A DNA stretch of 41,193 bases from Pseudoduganella sp. (GTDB taxonomy: Bacteria > Pseudomonadota > Gammaproteobacteria > Burkholderiales > Burkholderiaceae_D): the NCBI GenBank assembly GCA_036404755.1, contig DASWYX010000373.1, positions 1 through 41,193 of the forward strand, read 5' to 3'. Position numbers and translations under genes: made by a program. Of this stretch, positions 1-9,643 are shown piece after piece (position 1 is the stretch's first letter; every line of letters starts with the position of its first letter). The notes under the pieces were generated by a model that ran no database searches, was not told where the DNA came from, and was given only the letters and a program-made list of their open reading frames with translations.

Positions 1-2
1 TG

Positions 3-977
3 CGCAGCCTGATGCCGCGCAAGCCGCGCAGCGAGATCTACACCATCCTCGGCCTGCAGAAGCAGGGCAAGACGCTTTTTTACCGCGACTACCTGCAGCA
101 CCTGAAGCATTCCTCCGACCTGTTCGACACGGCGCCCGGCATCAAGGGCTTGGTGATGCTGGTGTTCTCGCTGCCGTCCTTCCCCTACGTGTTCAAGGTG
201 ATCAAGGACTACTACCCGCCGCCGAAGGAAACCACGCGCGCGCAGATCAAAGAAAAATACGTCCTGGTGAAGAACCATGACCGCGTCGGCCGCATGGCGG
301 ACACGCTGGAATATTCCAACGTCGCCTTCCCGCGCCACCGCTTCTCCGAGCAGCTGGTGGCGGAGCTGAAACAATACGCGCCTTCGCTGATCGAGGAAGA
401 GGGCGACCAGCTCGTGATCAAACACCTGTACATCGAGCGGCGCATGGTGCCGCTGAACATGTGGCTGACCAATGCCGAGCAGGCCGGCGACGACGCCGCG
501 ATCGAGCATGGCGTGCTCGAATACGGCAACGCCATCAAGGACCTGGTGGCGGCGAATATCTTCCCGGGCGATATGCTGTACAAGAATTTCGGCGTCACCC
601 GCAACAGGCGCGTGGTCTTCTACGACTATGACGAAATCGAATACATCACCGACTGCAATTTCCGAGTGATACCAGAACCTCGCAACGAGGAAGATGAAAT
701 GTCCTCCGAGCCGTGGTACCCCATAGGCAAGCACGACGTGTTTCCCGAGCAGTTTGGCAAGTTCCTGCTCGGGAACGCGAAAATCCGAAAATACTTCATG
801 AAGCACCATGCCGATCTTCTGACTTGCTCCTGGTGGCAGGAGAGGAAAGAAAGGATCGCCAATGGTGTCATCGAGGACGTTTTCCCTTACCCGCAAAGCG
901 TCCGTTTCCGCAATCACTATGCATCCACTTCGGCGCCAAGTGCGCCTCCTCTACTGGAGATAATCGAAAATGAATGA
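3..977 (+). CDS. aceK: Isocitrate dehydrogenase kinase/phosphatase, C-terminal part (5' end outside window)
   Basis: Motifs [59 protein letters not shown] are typical of AceK; frame is open to the window edge. Confidence 0.95.
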   Translation, partial: RSLMPRKPRSEIYTILGLQKQGKTLFYRDYLQHLKHSSDLFDTAPGIKGLVMLVFSLPSFPYVFKVIKDYYPPPKETTRAQIKEKYVLVKNHDRVGRMADTLEYSNVAFPRHRFSEQLVAELKQYAPSLIEEEGDQLVIKHLYIERRMVPLNMWLTNAEQAGDDAAIEHGVLEYGNAIKDLVAANIFPGDMLYKNFGVTRNRRVVFYDYDEIEYITDCNFRVIPEPRNEEDEMSSEPWYPIGKHDVFPEQFGKFLLGNAKIRKYFMKHHADLLTCSWWQERKERIANGVIEDVFPYPQSVRFRNHYASTSAPSAPPLLEIIENE

Positions 978-2169
978 CCCAATCGTAATCGTCGGCGCAG
1001 CACGCACCCCAATGGGCGCCTTCCAGGGCGACTTCTCGGGCCTGAGCGCCAATGAGCTTGGCGCAGTCGCCATCAAGGCCGCCGTCGAACGCGCCGGCAT
1101 CAAGCCGGAAGCCGTGGAACACGTCTACTTCGGCAACTGCCTGATGGCTGGCCAGGGCCAGGCTCCGGCACGCCAGGCGGCCATCAAGGCCGGCCTGCCG
1201 GTCGGCACCGGCGCAGTGACCCTGTCCAAGATGTGCGGCTCCGCCATGCAGGCCACCATCTTCGCCTACGACACCATCGCAGCCGGCAGCGCGGACGTGA
1301 TCGTATCGGGCGGCATGGAATCCATGACCAACGCGCCTTACCTGATCCCGAAGGCGCGCGGCGGCTACCGCATCGGCCACGGCATGATGTTCGACCACAT
1401 GATGTACGACGGCCTGGAAGACGCTTACTCGCGCGACGCCAAGACCGGCCAGGGCCGCGCCATGGGCACCTTCGCCGAGCAGTGCGCCACGACCTACAAG
1501 TTCACCCGCGAGCAGCAGGACGCCTTTGCCATCGAATCGGTGAAGCGCGCGCAGGCAGCGACCAGCAGCGGCGCCTTCGCCTGGGAAATCACCCCGGTCA
1601 CCGTGACCACCCGCGCCGGCGACGTGGTGATCGACAAGGATGAAGGCCCGCTGAAAGCCAAGGTTGAAAAGATCCCGTCGCTGAAGCCGGCCTTCGCCAA
1701 GGACGGCACCATCACCGCCGCATCTTCCTCGTCCATCAACGACGGCGCCGCGGCACTGGTGCTGATGCGCGAATCCACCGCGAAGAAGCTGGGTGCACCG
1801 GTCATCGCGAAGATCACCGGCCACGCCACCAACTCCCTGGTGCCGGAGCAGTTCACCACCGCACCGATCGGCGCGATCCACAAGCTGTTCGCCAAGACCG
1901 GCTGGAAGGCCAGCGACGTTGACCTGTTCGAGATCAACGAAGCATTTGCCGCCGTGCCGATGGCTGCAATGAGCGAGCTGGATATCCCGCACAGCAAGGT
2001 AAACGTCCATGGCGGCGCCTGCGCCCTGGGCCACCCGATCGGCGCCACCGGCGCGCGCATCATCATCACCCTGATCGGCGCACTGAAGGCCAAGGGCGGC
2101 AAGAAGGGCGTGGCGGCACTGTGCATCGGCGGCGGCGAAGCCACTGCCATGGGCATCGAGCTGGTGTAA
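970..2169 (+). CDS. atoB: Acetyl-CoA C-acetyltransferase (thiolase)
   Basis: Thiolase motifs KMCGS (catalytic Cys), [22 protein letters not shown]; overlaps aceK by 8 nt; SD GGAG upstream. Confidence 0.92.
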   Translation: MNDPIVIVGAARTPMGAFQGDFSGLSANELGAVAIKAAVERAGIKPEAVEHVYFGNCLMAGQGQAPARQAAIKAGLPVGTGAVTLSKMCGSAMQATIFAYDTIAAGSADVIVSGGMESMTNAPYLIPKARGGYRIGHGMMFDHMMYDGLEDAYSRDAKTGQGRAMGTFAEQCATTYKFTREQQDAFAIESVKRAQAATSSGAFAWEITPVTVTTRAGDVVIDKDEGPLKAKVEKIPSLKPAFAKDGTITAASSSSINDGAAALVLMRESTAKKLGAPVIAKITGHATNSLVPEQFTTAPIGAIHKLFAKTGWKASDVDLFEINEAFAAVPMAAMSELDIPHSKVNVHGGACALGHPIGATGARIIITLIGALKAKGGKKGVAALCIGGGEATAMGIELV

Positions 2170-2172
2170 GCC

Positions 2173-2841
2173 ATGGGAACGGCACTCATCGTTGGCGCCT
2201 CGCGCGGCATCGGCCATGAACTGGTGCGCCAGTACCTGGCCGACGGCTGGCGCGTGATCGCCACTGCCCGCAAGAAGGAAGACTGCGACGCGCTGGCGGA
2301 GATGGGTGCCGAACCCCACAAGCTGGACGTAACCAACGTGGAAGCCGTGGCGGGACTGGGCTGGAAACTCGATGGCGAACATCTCGATGTCGCCATCCTG
2401 AACGCCGGCGTTTACGGTCCGAAAGGCGACGGCTTCCCGCTGCAAAGCGATTTCGACGCGGTCATGCACACCAATGTGCTGGCCGCCATGCGCCTGCTGC
2501 CGATCATCGCGCCGCTGGTCTGCCTGGCGCGCGGCAAGCTGGCGGTGATGTCCTCGCGCATGGGCTCACTGAGCTCACGCAGCCATCCCAACGGCACGCT
2601 GTACCGCGCCAGCAAGGCTGCGCTCAATTCCGTATTGATCGATACCGCGCTCACTTTCGGCGCGCGGGGCGCCACCTGCGTCGCGCTGCACCCGGGCTGG
2701 GTACGCACCGATATGGGCGGCTCCGGCGCCGACCTCTCCGTCGAGGAAAGCGCGCGCGGCATCCGCAACACCCTGGCAACCCTGCCACCCTCCGACCAGG
2801 CTGTCTACCGAGACTACGACGGCACTCCCATTAGCTGGTAA
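2173..2841 (+). CDS. SDR family NAD(P)-dependent oxidoreductase (CsgA/C-factor-like subgroup)
   Basis: GASRGIG Rossmann motif, LNAG, YRASK catalytic motif, LHPGWVRTDMGG. Confidence 0.9.
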   Translation: MGTALIVGASRGIGHELVRQYLADGWRVIATARKKEDCDALAEMGAEPHKLDVTNVEAVAGLGWKLDGEHLDVAILNAGVYGPKGDGFPLQSDFDAVMHTNVLAAMRLLPIIAPLVCLARGKLAVMSSRMGSLSSRSHPNGTLYRASKAALNSVLIDTALTFGARGATCVALHPGWVRTDMGGSGADLSVEESARGIRNTLATLPPSDQAVYRDYDGTPISW

Positions 2842-2854
2842 TACAAGGTTAACC

Positions 2855-3982
2855 ATGATTCTGAACGAAGAACACCAGATGATCCGCGACGCGCTGCGTT
2901 CGTTTTCCCAGGAGCGCCTGGCGCCCAACGCGGGCCGCTGGGACAAGGAACACTACTTTCCGAAAGAAGAGCTGAAAGAGCTGGCTGCGCTGGGCGCCTT
3001 CGGCGTCGCCGTGCCGGAAGAACTGGGCGGCGCGGGCCTGGATTATGTGTCGCTGGCCCTGGTGCTGGAGGAGATTGCGGCGGGCGACGGCGGCACGTCC
3101 ACCATCATTTCGGTGAACAACTGCCCCGTGTGCAGCATCGGCATGATGTACGCGAACGCCGAGCAGAAAGAGCGCTTCCTGCGCCCGCTGGCGCAGGGTG
3201 AAATGCTGGGCGCCTTCTGCCTGACCGAACCGCACACCGGCAGCGACGCCGCCGCGCTGCGCACTACCGCCACGCGTGACGGCGACCACTTCGTCATCAA
3301 CGGGGTGAAGCAGTTCATCACGTCCGGCAAGCATGCCGACGTGGCCATCGTCTTCGCCGTGACCGACAAGGCGGCCGGCAAGAAAGGCATCAGCGCCTTC
3401 TGGGTGCCGACCGCCACGCCGGGCTATATCGTGGCCGGCATCGAGCAGAAGATGGGCCAGCACTCGTCCGACACCGCGCAGATCCTGTTCGAGAACTGCC
3501 GCGTGCCGGCAGCGAACATGATTGGCGAAGAGGGGCAGGGCTACAAGATCGCCCTGTCCGGCCTGGAGGGCGGGCGCATCGGCATCGCCTCGCAGTCAGT
3601 CGGCATGGCTCGCTCCGCGTTCGAGGCGGCGCTCAAGTACGCCCGCGAGCGCGAATCCTTCGGCAAGGCCATCTTCGAGCACCAGTCGGTGCAGTTCAAG
3701 CTGTCCGAAATGGCGATGCAGAACGAGGCGGCGCGCCAGCTGATCCTGCATGCAGCTTCGCTGAAGGACGCCGGGCAGCCCTGCCTGAAGGAAGCGGCGA
3801 TGGCCAAGCTGTTCGCCTCCGAAATGGCCGAGCGGGTGTGCTCGGATGCGATCCAGATCCACGGCGGCTACGGCTACGTTTCCGACTTCCCGGTCGAGCG
3901 CATCTACCGCGACGTGCGCGTGTGCCAGATCTACGAAGGCACCAGCGATATCCAGAAGCTCATCATCGCCCGCGCCCTCTAG
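2855..3982 (+). CDS. Acyl-CoA dehydrogenase (short/branched-chain type)
   Basis: AFCLTEPHTGSD, GVKQFIT, QIHGGYGY, QIYEGTSDIQ motifs. Confidence 0.93.
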   Translation: MILNEEHQMIRDALRSFSQERLAPNAGRWDKEHYFPKEELKELAALGAFGVAVPEELGGAGLDYVSLALVLEEIAAGDGGTSTIISVNNCPVCSIGMMYANAEQKERFLRPLAQGEMLGAFCLTEPHTGSDAAALRTTATRDGDHFVINGVKQFITSGKHADVAIVFAVTDKAAGKKGISAFWVPTATPGYIVAGIEQKMGQHSSDTAQILFENCRVPAANMIGEEGQGYKIALSGLEGGRIGIASQSVGMARSAFEAALKYARERESFGKAIFEHQSVQFKLSEMAMQNEAARQLILHAASLKDAGQPCLKEAAMAKLFASEMAERVCSDAIQIHGGYGYVSDFPVERIYRDVRVCQIYEGTSDIQKLIIARAL

Positions 3983-3986
3983 GCAA

Positions 3987-4003
3987 TTTGTCGCAAATTT
4001 GTA
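3987..4003. promoter_or_regulatory. Putative OmpR-family regulator box TTTGTCGCAAATTTGTA, copy 1
   Basis: Identical 17-mer at 7320-7336; TTTGT half-sites repeat with 11-bp period; lies upstream of the response regulator. Confidence 0.65.
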
Positions 4004-4082
4004 TTCGATTGTCAGAATCATTCCGCAGGTAATCCACAAACTGCCGGCGCATATAAAATGTCCGGTGGAGAAGGAGATTCGA

Positions 4083-4763
4083 ATGGTTCAAGTAATGCTG
4101 GTGGAAGACGATCCGCGCCTGGCCGACCTGGTCACGGAGTACCTGGCGGGTTACGAGTTCAAGGTGGACGTGGTCAGCCGCGGCGATGAGGCGCTGCAGC
4201 GTTTCCGGGCGCGGCCGGCGGACATCGTCGTGCTCGACCTGATGCTGCCCGGCCTGGACGGCATGGAAGTGGCCCGCCAGCTGCGCGAAATCAGCGAAGT
4301 GCCCATCCTGGTGATGACCGCACGCGAGGATTCCTACGATGAGGTGTCCCTGCTGGAACAGGGCGCGGACGACTTCATCAACAAGCCCGTGCAGCCGCGC
4401 GTGCTGCTGGCCCGCCTGCGCGCCCTGCTGCGCCGCGTGGCGGCCAAGGGCGATCCGGAACTGCTGACCTTTGGCTCCCTGACCATCGCCATCAGCGACC
4501 GCAGCGTGACGTGGCGCGGCCAGCAGTGCCTGCTGAGCAATACCGAATACAAGCTGCTGCTCACTCTGGCCGAGTCGGCCGGCACCGTGCTGTCGCGCGA
4601 TGCGCTGCTGCGCAAGATGCGCGGCATCGAGTTCGACGGCATGGACCGCAGCATCGACAACAGCATTTCCAAGCTGCGCCGCAAGTTCGACGATACCGAT
4701 TCGGAAAAGATCAAGACCGTCTGGGGCGAAGGCTACCTCTTCTCGCCCTCGGCCTGGAATTAG
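4083..4763 (+). CDS. OmpR/PhoB-family response regulator (RstA-like)
   Basis: Receiver VEDD, LDLMLPG, DDFINKP; winged helix DRSIDNSISKLRRK, IKTVWGEGY. Start set at ATG 4083 after SD AAGGAG instead of 3846. Confidence 0.92.
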   Translation: MVQVMLVEDDPRLADLVTEYLAGYEFKVDVVSRGDEALQRFRARPADIVVLDLMLPGLDGMEVARQLREISEVPILVMTAREDSYDEVSLLEQGADDFINKPVQPRVLLARLRALLRRVAAKGDPELLTFGSLTIAISDRSVTWRGQQCLLSNTEYKLLLTLAESAGTVLSRDALLRKMRGIEFDGMDRSIDNSISKLRRKFDDTDSEKIKTVWGEGYLFSPSAWN

Positions 4764-5458
4764 TCAAACAGGGGCGCCAGCGCCAGCGGCGGGAAGTGTG
4801 ACACGACCTGCCCGCTGGCCGGCCAGTCCGCAAAGCGGTAAGTGACCGTGCGGAATCCGGCGCCCGCATCGCCCTCGAAGGCCGGACCGTCCACGGACGG
4901 CAGCAGCGTCTCGCGGCCGCCATCGCGCACCAGCACCTGGGCTTCGGCCTTCTTCACATACACAAAGCGTACGCCGACGCATTTCTTCGCGCTGTAGGCG
5001 CCATTCACGAAGCGCTGGTACTGCAGCGCCTGGTCACAGGCCGCCCGAAGTTCATTCGCCTCATAGGCGCCATCGGCGCGCACCGCCAGCGACAGCCGCG
5101 GCTGGATATTGAACAGGCTGGCCTTGCGGTTCAGCGCCAGCACGGCGTTTTCATCATAGGCCGCCTTCAGCAGCGGGAAGCTGGTGCGCCCGGTCGGGTC
5201 CAGCGGCAGGTTGAGCTGGACGGTTTTGCCGTTCAGGGACAGCGATACTCCATCCAGCGAAGTGGCCGCGTCGCGCGGGCTCAACTGGAAGTGCATCTGG
5301 AGCAGGTTCTTCGGTTTGCCGTATTTGGCAAAGACCACCATCGCCTTGTAGGCGTCGCGGTAGCTGACCCACTCCCCGTCCTGCGCCAGCGCGGCGCAGC
5401 CGTGCCCGCCCAGCCCGAGGGCCAGCAGTACGGTGGGAATAAGGGTCTTGGTTTTCAT
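4760..5458 (-). CDS. Exported hypothetical protein (~232 aa)
   Basis: MKTKTLIPTVLLALGLGG...ALAQ reads as a Sec signal; ATG 5458 overlaps the TGA of the upstream MipA gene; no family recognised. Confidence 0.75.
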   Translation of the reverse strand: MKTKTLIPTVLLALGLGGHGCAALAQDGEWVSYRDAYKAMVVFAKYGKPKNLLQMHFQLSPRDAATSLDGVSLSLNGKTVQLNLPLDPTGRTSFPLLKAAYDENAVLALNRKASLFNIQPRLSLAVRADGAYEANELRAACDQALQYQRFVNGAYSAKKCVGVRFVYVKKAEAQVLVRDGGRETLLPSVDGPAFEGDAGAGFRTVTYRFADWPASGQVVSHFPPLALAPLFD

Positions 5459-6336
5459 CAGAATCGGTAAGCGAGTGCCGTGGACACAGTCACGTTGGTC
5501 GGCCGCTCGACGAGCGGGCTGGCTTTGGCGTCGCCCAGCAGGCGGCTCACCTGCAGGTTGCTGGTCAGCATCCACGACGGGCCCAGCGACCAGTTCCAGC
5601 GTGCGCCCAGATGCGCATCCTGAACGCCGCCGTTCGCTTCGTAGGCGCCCAGGCTGTTGCGTTCGTTTTCCAGTTTGGACACGCCGAAATAGGCGTTGTT
5701 GTAGGCACGGTTAACCACGGAAACGCCGGCCGACAGCGCCATCGAATGATGGGCCGCCAGTTCCGGCATCATGTATTGCAGGTCCGCGCGCCAGCGCAGG
5801 CCATTCCTGTCGTTGCCCGCGCCATACAGCACGCTGTTGTTCAGGCGCAGCCGCGGCGTGAAGTAGTAATTGAAGAAGCCGCCGTACAGCAGGCGGGTGC
5901 GGATCACGTCCATGCCCTCCAGCCGGTTGGCGCTCTTGCGCGCGGCGCCGCCGGGCACGATGCCGCCGGGCGGCAGGATGGTGGTGATCAGCGCACCGCC
6001 CGAGCCATCGCCCACGCCGCCGATGCCGCCGCCCATGCCATCCTCGTCGCGCCGCGGCGCGATGCTCAGCAGCGGACCGTATTCGATCGCGGGATTGCTG
6101 GACAGGTGCATGCCCGCGCTCAGCCCGGACACGAAAATCCCATTGCTCCACTGTATTTGCAGCACAGGCAGGGCAACCGTTTTGTTATGGCGAGCGCCGT
6201 CATACCGCGGCTGGTACTGGGCGCCCAGGCCCACATACATGTCGCGGCTCCCATCCGGCATCGGATTAGTGGCCGGGGTTTGCGCTGCTACGGTACCGCA
6301 AGCGCCGGCGATGGCGAAAACGAGAAACTTGTGCAT
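5458..6336 (-). CDS. MipA/OmpV family outer-membrane beta-barrel protein
   Basis: Signal peptide, VGLGAQYQPRYDG, YNNAYFGVS, LLGDAKASPLV and terminal aromatic AYRF fit MipA/OmpV. Confidence 0.85.
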   Translation of the reverse strand: MHKFLVFAIAGACGTVAAQTPATNPMPDGSRDMYVGLGAQYQPRYDGARHNKTVALPVLQIQWSNGIFVSGLSAGMHLSSNPAIEYGPLLSIAPRRDEDGMGGGIGGVGDGSGGALITTILPPGGIVPGGAARKSANRLEGMDVIRTRLLYGGFFNYYFTPRLRLNNSVLYGAGNDRNGLRWRADLQYMMPELAAHHSMALSAGVSVVNRAYNNAYFGVSKLENERNSLGAYEANGGVQDAHLGARWNWSLGPSWMLTSNLQVSRLLGDAKASPLVERPTNVTVSTALAYRF

Positions 6337-6403
6337 AGGAGCGGTGGTCGGTTAAGAATGCTCGCCATTTTATCGGTTCGCCTTCTCATTCCGGCAAAAA
6401 TGC

Positions 6404-7246
6404 TCATTGCTTAATAAAGCTGACATCTCCTTCGATCTTATCCAGCACGACCATGTCCATCGGCTGCGTGATGGCCGCAACGCACAGCACGGTTGGACCT
6501 GAATAGTCCCGTTCCGTGTAATAGGCGACCACTTTGCCGGCGCGCACTTCCACCTTATCGATCGTGGCGCCAATGCAGCCGCCGGGACGGTTGCCGAGGA
6601 AGACGCCCAGCACCATCTGGCGCGTGAAGTCGATCTTCGGCGCGGCCGGCGGGTCGCTGCGATACTGGTAGTGGGCGCTCCACAGCTTGAGGAAGCTGTC
6701 CGGGTCGCGCACGGCCACGTTCAGGGGCGACGTCAGGCCGGAAAAGCCTTCGCGCAGCAGGGGCTGGGTGGCGGCCACGCCATCCTTGGGCAGGAATTCG
6801 ACCTGCTCGACCTTGTGCGCGCCGCCCAGGCCGAGGTCGGCCTTGTCCAGGTTCTGCAGCATCGTGTCGAACAGTGGACGCATGGCGGTGTTGCTGCAGC
6901 TGGTCTGGGGACCGGCAATGCTGTCGTTGCTTACGCACTGGACATCGGCCGCCGTGCGGCCATACAGCGTGCGGCTGTAGCCGTTGTCCGGGCAATTGCC
7001 CTGCTTGTCCCAGAACACCTGCTTGTCGTCGATGATGAACAGGCGGTTGCGGATGTCACTGCAACTGGCGCCGCGCGCCAGCTTGATGAATTCGTCGCGG
7101 TTCAGCGCCGCAGGGGTGGGCTCACCGACCGCGATGCCCGACACGCCGGCGACCTGCAGCGGGCCCATGCCGCCGTCGTTGCCGCCGCCGCATGCGGCCA
7201 GCAGCAGCGCGAACGCCACGGGCAGGCAGTATTCGAGTTGTCGCAT
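6404..7246 (-). CDS. Lipoprotein with Cys-containing N-domain and C-terminal PrcB-like domain
   Basis: Lipobox LLAAC; C-terminal PKIDFTRQMVLGVFLGNRPGG...CVAAITQP resembles PrcB C-terminal domain proteins. Confidence 0.75.
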   Translation of the reverse strand: MRQLEYCLPVAFALLLAACGGGNDGGMGPLQVAGVSGIAVGEPTPAALNRDEFIKLARGASCSDIRNRLFIIDDKQVFWDKQGNCPDNGYSRTLYGRTAADVQCVSNDSIAGPQTSCSNTAMRPLFDTMLQNLDKADLGLGGAHKVEQVEFLPKDGVAATQPLLREGFSGLTSPLNVAVRDPDSFLKLWSAHYQYRSDPPAAPKIDFTRQMVLGVFLGNRPGGCIGATIDKVEVRAGKVVAYYTERDYSGPTVLCVAAITQPMDMVVLDKIEGDVSFIKQ

Positions 7247-7319
7247 GATGGGGTCCTCTTTGTTATTGGCGCCATCGTACGATTTAACCGAAGGTAAATC
7301 CGCCCCGAACTTTAGGCTT

Positions 7320-7336
7320 TTTGTCGCAAATTTGTA
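7320..7336. promoter_or_regulatory. Putative OmpR-family regulator box TTTGTCGCAAATTTGTA, copy 2
   Basis: Identical to 3987-4003; lies in the divergent region between the lipoprotein operon and the sensor kinase. Confidence 0.65.
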
Positions 7337-7379
7337 GTTTTGACACGGCTCCAGTGTGTTTCAAATACAATGTTGGCCC

Positions 7380-8696
7380 ATGAACCGCCTGTTCTTCCGC
7401 TTCTTCGTGCTGGTGCTGCTGTCCATCAGCGTGGCGGCGTTCATTGTCTATTTCGCCATTAACCGCCTGTTCGGCGACCCGCTGGACAATATTGCCCGCC
7501 GCCAGGCGTCGGCCCAGATCTTCCTGCTGGAACAGTACGTGGACCAGGCGCCGGCCGACCAGTGGCTGGACCGGCTGAACAAAGTGCGTGAAGTGTCGGA
7601 CGTGCGCTATGAGCTGGTGCCGCTGTCCGTCGTGCGCGCGCGCCTGCAGGGCCACGATGCGCGCGCCTTCGAGCAGGGCGAGCTGGTGCTGGATGTGGCC
7701 CAGAAAGCCTTCTACCGCCGCGTCGACCTGAAAGGGCAGCGCTATATCGGCAGCGAAGAAGAGGCGCTAACGGTCACCAATCTTCCCATCGATATCGGCT
7801 TCGCGATGCAGCTGGAAACGGTGCGCTACGTAATCGTGGCGCTGGTGCTGCTGGTGCCGATCGGTTTCTGGTCGCGCGCGCACTGGCGCAGCCTGCAGCA
7901 GCTTTCCAGCGTGGCGGACCGCTTCGGCGCCGGCGAGCTGTCGGCCCGCGCCCGCATGCAGCCGCGCGACAGCGTCTATCCGCTGGCCGAGCGCATCGAC
8001 CATATGGCCGACCGCATCGAGCGCCTGCTGGCGGCCCAGCGCAACCTGCTGCATTCGGTGTCGCACGAAATCCGCACGCCGATTGCGCGGCTGGAATTCG
8101 CGCTGGAACTGCTGCGCGATGCGGCCGACGATCCGGCGCTGTCCAGGCGCATCGATGGCATGGCGGGCGACCTGACCGAGCTGAAGGAGCTGGTCAACGA
8201 ACTGCTGGGCATGGCGCGTCTGGATGCCGGACAAGCCCTGCAGCGCCAGCCCTGCGCGCTGGAGCCGGCGCTGCGCCAGTGCGTGGCGTCGCTGCCGCCG
8301 TCGGCCATCGCGATCGAGGCCGACTTCGCGCCCGGCCTGGGCGAGATTGCGGCCGACCAGCGGCTGCTGTTGCGCGCCGTCGGCAATCTGCTGCGCAATG
8401 CGCTGAAATACGCCAACGGCAAGGTGCGGCTGGCGGCCGAGCGGGACGGCGGCGCGGCGGGCAACGCCGCCGTGCGCATCATGGTCGAGGACGACGGCCC
8501 CGGCATCCCGGAAGACGAGCGCGAGCGCATCTTCGAACCCTTCTACCGCCTGGACCGCAGCCGCGACCGCAGTACCGGCGGTTTCGGCCTGGGGCTGTCG
8601 ATCGCCTCGAAGGCGGTGGCCCTGCACGGCGGCACGCTGACGGTCGACTCGTCGCCGCTGGGCGGCGCCCGCTTCACGCTCAGCCTGCCCGCCTAG
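7380..8696 (+). CDS. Sensor histidine kinase (RstB-like; 2 TM, HAMP, HisKA, HATPase)
   Basis: H-box [13 protein letters not shown]-box [32 protein letters not shown]; start ATG 7380 (MNRLFFRFF). Confidence 0.92.
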   Translation: MNRLFFRFFVLVLLSISVAAFIVYFAINRLFGDPLDNIARRQASAQIFLLEQYVDQAPADQWLDRLNKVREVSDVRYELVPLSVVRARLQGHDARAFEQGELVLDVAQKAFYRRVDLKGQRYIGSEEEALTVTNLPIDIGFAMQLETVRYVIVALVLLVPIGFWSRAHWRSLQQLSSVADRFGAGELSARARMQPRDSVYPLAERIDHMADRIERLLAAQRNLLHSVSHEIRTPIARLEFALELLRDAADDPALSRRIDGMAGDLTELKELVNELLGMARLDAGQALQRQPCALEPALRQCVASLPPSAIAIEADFAPGLGEIAADQRLLLRAVGNLLRNALKYANGKVRLAAERDGGAAGNAAVRIMVEDDGPGIPEDERERIFEPFYRLDRSRDRSTGGFGLGLSIASKAVALHGGTLTVDSSPLGGARFTLSLPA

Positions 8697-9604
8697 CAGG
8701 CGTTGCGCGTGTGCAGGCGCTTGGGCGCCTTGCCCTGCTCGCCGCGCGCGACACGTTCGAATTCCGAAATCACTTGCGCGCCGAACAGCAGCAATGTGGC
8801 GCCAATTTCCAGGCTGAACATCACGACGATGGCCGTGGTCAGCGAGCCGTACACGATGTTGACCTTGGACAGGGTCGTGAAATACCACACCAGCACATGC
8901 CGCGCGATTTCCCACAGCACGGTGGCCGTCACGCCGCCGATCAGCGCATGCGACCAGGACAGCCGCCCCACCGGCATCACGAGGTAGATCGAACTCAGCA
9001 TGAGCACTTCGCCCACCACGCCCAGCAGGTAGAGCAGCGCGCCCGACAGGCCGTGCAGCGACCAGTCATAGCCAAACAGCCGCACATATTCGGTGCCGAT
9101 CACCTGCAGGCCGCCCGCCACCAGCGTCACCACCATCACGCCCACGCCCAGCGACAGGATGTAGCAGTAAGGCAGCACCGCCGACACCAGGTAATGCCGG
9201 CGCCGGGTCGCCACGCGGTGCAGGAAGATCACGCTCATTGCGTTTTCCAGCACGGTGAAGGCGAGGGAGCTGAAGAACAGCATGGTCAGCACCAGGACCC
9301 AGCCGACCAGTTCGCGGTGGTCGAGGAAATGCCCGACTTCGGCCACGATGGCCTTCGACTGCCCCGGCACCAGCCATTCGAGGTAGTGGCCGATGGTGGA
9401 GAGCAGCTCTTCCTGCTCGAATACATGGGATAGCGCGACCACGACCAGCATCAGCAGCGGGACGATGGACAGCAGAGAATAATAGGCCACGGCGCCGGCC
9501 AGCAGCAGCCCCTGGTTTGCCCGGAAACCTCTCAGGCACTGCAGCGTGAAGTCCAGGGGATGCGCCAGCACGTGGGCGACAGCCTTGTGCTTGAGCATGC
9601 GCAT
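8693..9604 (-). CDS. YihY/virulence factor BrkB family inner-membrane protein
   Basis: [17 protein letters not shown] and [11 protein letters not shown]...LLLFGAQ patterns; about six hydrophobic segments. Confidence 0.88.
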   Translation of the reverse strand: MRMLKHKAVAHVLAHPLDFTLQCLRGFRANQGLLLAGAVAYYSLLSIVPLLMLVVVALSHVFEQEELLSTIGHYLEWLVPGQSKAIVAEVGHFLDHRELVGWVLVLTMLFFSSLAFTVLENAMSVIFLHRVATRRRHYLVSAVLPYCYILSLGVGVMVVTLVAGGLQVIGTEYVRLFGYDWSLHGLSGALLYLLGVVGEVLMLSSIYLVMPVGRLSWSHALIGGVTATVLWEIARHVLVWYFTTLSKVNIVYGSLTTAIVVMFSLEIGATLLLFGAQVISEFERVARGEQGKAPKRLHTRNAC

Positions 9605-9625
9605 GGGCCCATTCTACACATTAGG

Positions 9626-9640
9626 CGGGGTCAGACCCCG
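9626..9640. repeat. Short palindrome CGGGGTC-A-GACCCCG (REP-like)
   Basis: Perfect 7-bp arms in a 39-nt intergenic gap; shares CGGGGTCAG with the ends of the element at 18345-18484. Confidence 0.6.
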
Positions 9641-9643
9641 ACA

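Noticed and set aside
868-2469. 533-aa minus-strand ORF, and similar long antisense ORFs at 20289-21905, 26704-28101, 30441-32411, 34300-35928 and 35956-37443
   Set aside because: All mirror well-supported genes on the other strand and lack recognisable domains.
7340-7371. TTGACA...TACAAT as a canonical sigma70 promoter
   Set aside because: The spacer is 20 nt, too long for a standard pair; only the -10 is kept as a candidate.
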